A stretch of 64,000 bases of DNA from Anthoceros angustus. Lineage: Eukaryota > Plantae > Anthocerotophyta. Where the stretch lies: contig VJWM01000144.1 in the NCBI GenBank assembly GCA_010909165.1, forward strand, positions 186,001 through 250,000, given 5' to 3'. Below are positions 62,330-64,000 of the stretch, in pieces (position 1 is the stretch's first letter; each line of letters starts with the position of its first letter). The position numbers and the translations under genes are program-made. The notes below the pieces were generated by a model, which worked only from the letters and a program-made list of their open reading frames with translations, made no database searches and had not been told where the DNA came from.

Positions 62330-64000
62330 GCGTTCAGGTTGTCGTTTCCTTGTGCAGTGACATTCCAGTGCTTTCTCTTGCGTGTCCTTGCTGGGAGGAG
62401 GGTGGAGATCCAGAAAGATCGGAGGGAATGCCGGAATTGAGTGACGATGGCTAGCAGCGATGCAATTACCGAGGGGCCGACTTTGCACAGGCTGATGCAC
62501 CTGAGGGACGACAATCCGAATCAGAGCTTTGTGGAGGTGGTCCTCTCACATCCAGATGAGATTGTGAAATTCTGCACTGAGGTCAGGCTCAAGTCAGAGG
62601 AAAGACGTCGCTGGATTTCAATGCGTTGGACAACGAATCTATCCACGTTGTGGGACTGTACGGGAGCAAGAAGGTTCTCGCTCGAATTTTCTTGAAGCTA
62701 GGGTTTCAGACTGTGGTATCCTCGATGCTTGGCTCTCTTCATGTAGGGGATTTATGGCTTTCTTCATCAGGGAGTATTGTTCATCTTTCTATTGGCATGG
62801 GGTGAACGAATGCTGGAGGCCCCAGGAAGAATGTGGAAGAGTTGCTGGAACTCCGGGACTCTATACGTCCGTCCATCGGTGCATTTTACGGGATCGCACA
62901 TCACCTCAGCAGTGATGGGATCCTCGAATCATCCATCTTTGCAGCATGCTGTGCAGCATGCTGTGCAGAAGGCTGCCCTCTTCCAGCCTCCTATATAGCC
63001 TTCGCCATTCAAGATTTGCTAACACCTACACATGTGCCCGACAGACTCCATCAATACCAACCCTCGGCATCACAGCTTACCAACACAGATTAGGGGAGCA
63101 CCCTTTCCCGATTCCGAAGTAGGGGATCGAGAGGCAGGACACTTCAAGCTTGTGAGGTAGCTGTCCGTTCAACGCTCGGTGCATGTTGGAGATGACGGTA
63201 ACTCAGTTGTGCGCGGTGCAGTATCTCATGAATTCACGCTCCATGTATCAGGAAAGGAAACTACTGCTGGAACGGGTGCGAAAGGCCTATGTTCAAGCCC
63301 GTGATGAATTGTCGAGCCAGTACAGAAATGGTGAGGAAAGAGGTGGCCCCTTGTTGAAGAAGATTGAATTTGAAGCAAAACGTAACACAAACTTCTTGGA
63401 GCACTAGTTTCAAAAGGAAGAACGGCAATTTGTGACCAGGTTACAAGAGCAGCTGTCCAGGGGACACTTCGACAACATCGTCTGTACGTCCGAAGGTGTT
63501 TCTTGAAGCGTGGTCAGAAAGAAACCCTCATTGACATACCACGCAACTATGTTTCAGGTCGCAGCTCAGAAGCTGAAAACAGTGACAAGCTGGTACTCGA
63601 TTTTGTGTCAGAACAGAACAGCGGATCGCGTGGAAGATAGCCGATCTTACACCAATGCAGAAGGATTTGGGCGCTCTCATGTTTGACTCCGGACTCCTCA
63701 AGTTTTGACAATTTTTGAAAGTAACTCCGTTCATCCCTGGGAGGAGAGAAATGGTGCTAGTTAACGAAGTTTGGGTGTTCCAACGTTCAAAGTTTGGGTG
63801 TTCGAAATCAGCACTGCCATGCTGAAACCAGGGGATATGCAGATACCTGGTCCTGCCCATAAGACTAGTGTTTCCAAAGATGGATCTTGTTTAATGGCCT
63901 TCTACAATTGTCTTCCAGACAGACCTTCCCTAGCAGCAGAGGGGTTGACGCAAGGCAGTGACCAGACTGGTACCCAGCTTGAAATGGACAAGTCTGCTGA
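62330..64000 (+). pseudogene. Tandem paralog of the GTPase-vWA gene, N-terminal part with internal deletions, running off the window
   Basis: EGPTLHRLMHLR...DEIVKFC matches ~54930-55330; 63180-63620 matches ~56560-57130; 63790-64000 matches ~57610-57810. Confidence 0.88.

Overview
Eukaryotic, plant-like DNA (GT-AG introns of ~70-90 nt, Ty1/copia elements primed by tRNA-iMet, telo-boxes). A non-seed plant or charophyte is likely, but that is inference. About 54 kb is a nest of transposons and the last ~10 kb is a large gene plus a tandem paralog fragment. Almost every ORF is frameshifted, often at homopolymers, so many 'pseudogenes' may be unpolished long-read errors. Main contents: (1) a DUF7869-like putative transposase broken into pieces; (2) an 11-kb CACTA (4713-15745, TIR CACTACTAGAAA, TSD TCC) with TnpD domains; (3) a 5.2-kb non-autonomous CACTA, 'element X' (26504-31749, TSD AAA), inserted in a copia RT, plus four partial X copies; (4) three copia elements; (5) an interrupted gene read as ParB-like domain + beta-class N4/N6 DNA methyltransferase (17176-23397); (6) an intron-containing Crypton/DUF3504-type tyrosine recombinase (48957-~51120); (7) a ~2,300-aa VLIG/GB1-type GTPase + Cys-rich repeats + vWA gene (54460-61735). 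Several junctions join distant templates at 10-11-bp microhomologies. All domain calls come from motif recognition by eye across frameshifts; no searches were run.
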